From Nitrosopumilaceae archaeon (GTDB lineage Archaea; Thermoproteota; Nitrososphaeria; Nitrososphaerales; Nitrosopumilaceae), in assembly GCA_041634015.1 (NCBI GenBank), contig JBFJMG010000001.1, positions 1-33,640 of the forward strand: a stretch of DNA of 33,640 nt. The letters are read 5' to 3'. Position 1 is the stretch's first letter. The number at the start of each line of letters is the position of its first letter. The translations under genes were made by a program, and so were the position numbers. This document shows positions 33,175 through 33,640 of the stretch, piece by piece. The notes beneath the pieces are model-generated. The model searched no databases. It was not told the DNA's origin and worked only from the letters and a program-made list of their open reading frames with translations.

Positions 33175-33640
33175 AGTATCTAATAGGAACAAGGGGTAGT
33201 CAGCTATCTCTCGCGCAGACAAATTGGGTAATATCTGAGTTGAAAAAACAAAATCCAGATGCAAAATTTGAAATTAAAACAATAAAAACAAAAGGAGATA
33301 CTGATGCACGACCGTTATTTACAATTGATCAGAAAGGAATTTTTGAAAAAGAGGTCGACAGGGCAGTCGCAGAAAAACGAGTCGACTTTGCAGTTCATAG
33401 TCTAAAGGATGTTCCTTCAGATTTACCTGAAGGGTTAACACTTGCATGTGTTCCAAAACGAGAAGCGGTAAACGATGTAATTATTTCTGAGTCTGGTTCA
33501 AATCTGGATTCGATCATCTCTAATGGAATCGTTGGGACTAGCAGTCTGAGGCGTGCCGTGCAAATATTGAGAAAACGCCCCGATCTGAAAGTAAAACCAA
33601 TTCGCGGAAACATAGAGACAAGAATAAAAAAAATTTCCAG
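33171..33640 (+). CDS. hemC: porphobilinogen deaminase (hydroxymethylbilane synthase), 5' part; continues beyond the window
   Basis: LIGTRGSQLSLAQTNWV...IKTKGD...LFTIDQKGIFEKEVD...DFAVHSLKDVPS...GTSSLRR...RGNIETR. The TTG start overlaps the hemL stop (TTGA). This gene is not in the ORF track because no stop codon lies within the window. Confidence 0.85.
   Translation, partial: MKYLIGTRGSQLSLAQTNWVISELKKQNPDAKFEIKTIKTKGDTDARPLFTIDQKGIFEKEVDRAVAEKRVDFAVHSLKDVPSDLPEGLTLACVPKREAVNDVIISESGSNLDSIISNGIVGTSSLRRAVQILRKRPDLKVKPIRGNIETRIKKIS

Overview
This is a gene-dense, AT-rich archaeal chromosomal segment (G+C about one third by eye, not computed). The archaeal assignment rests on ribosomal protein L10e, the tRNA-splicing endonuclease EndA, and TATA-type boxes about 25 nt upstream of start codons. 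Gene content fits a Nitrosopumilus-like ammonia-oxidising thaumarchaeon, but that is inference and no search was possible.

Housekeeping genes:
- rpl10e, endA, hemL, and hemC (partial at the 3' edge)
- tRNA-Gly(GCC) and tRNA-Glu(CUC)

Transport genes:
- a CPA2 antiporter
- an ABC-2 exporter pair
- a DUF47/PhoU-like protein with a PiT phosphate transporter
- an SbtA-like permease with a PII-like partner
- a MIP channel

Signalling content is unusually heavy: three histidine-kinase-type genes and six stand-alone receiver genes, most of them in an 8 kb island at 14157-22389.

Most noteworthy observations:
1. The signalling island has no recognisable output domain, and one of its kinases has a degenerate ATP site.
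2. An ATP-cone plus Mrr-like nuclease gene has a clearly coding ATP-cone with no ATG/GTG/TTG start. It sits directly upstream of a cytoplasmic UshA-like nucleotidase.
3. A stand-alone PLD-like protein has Ser in place of the catalytic His.
4. A layer of very small Cys-rich ORFs lies below the ORF-track cutoff. It includes a 47 aa metallothionein-like ORF and C2H2-type fingers, each with a correctly spaced TATA box.

No CRISPR array, rRNA gene, transposase or integrase was seen. All family assignments come from motif recognition by eye and need HMM or BLAST confirmation.
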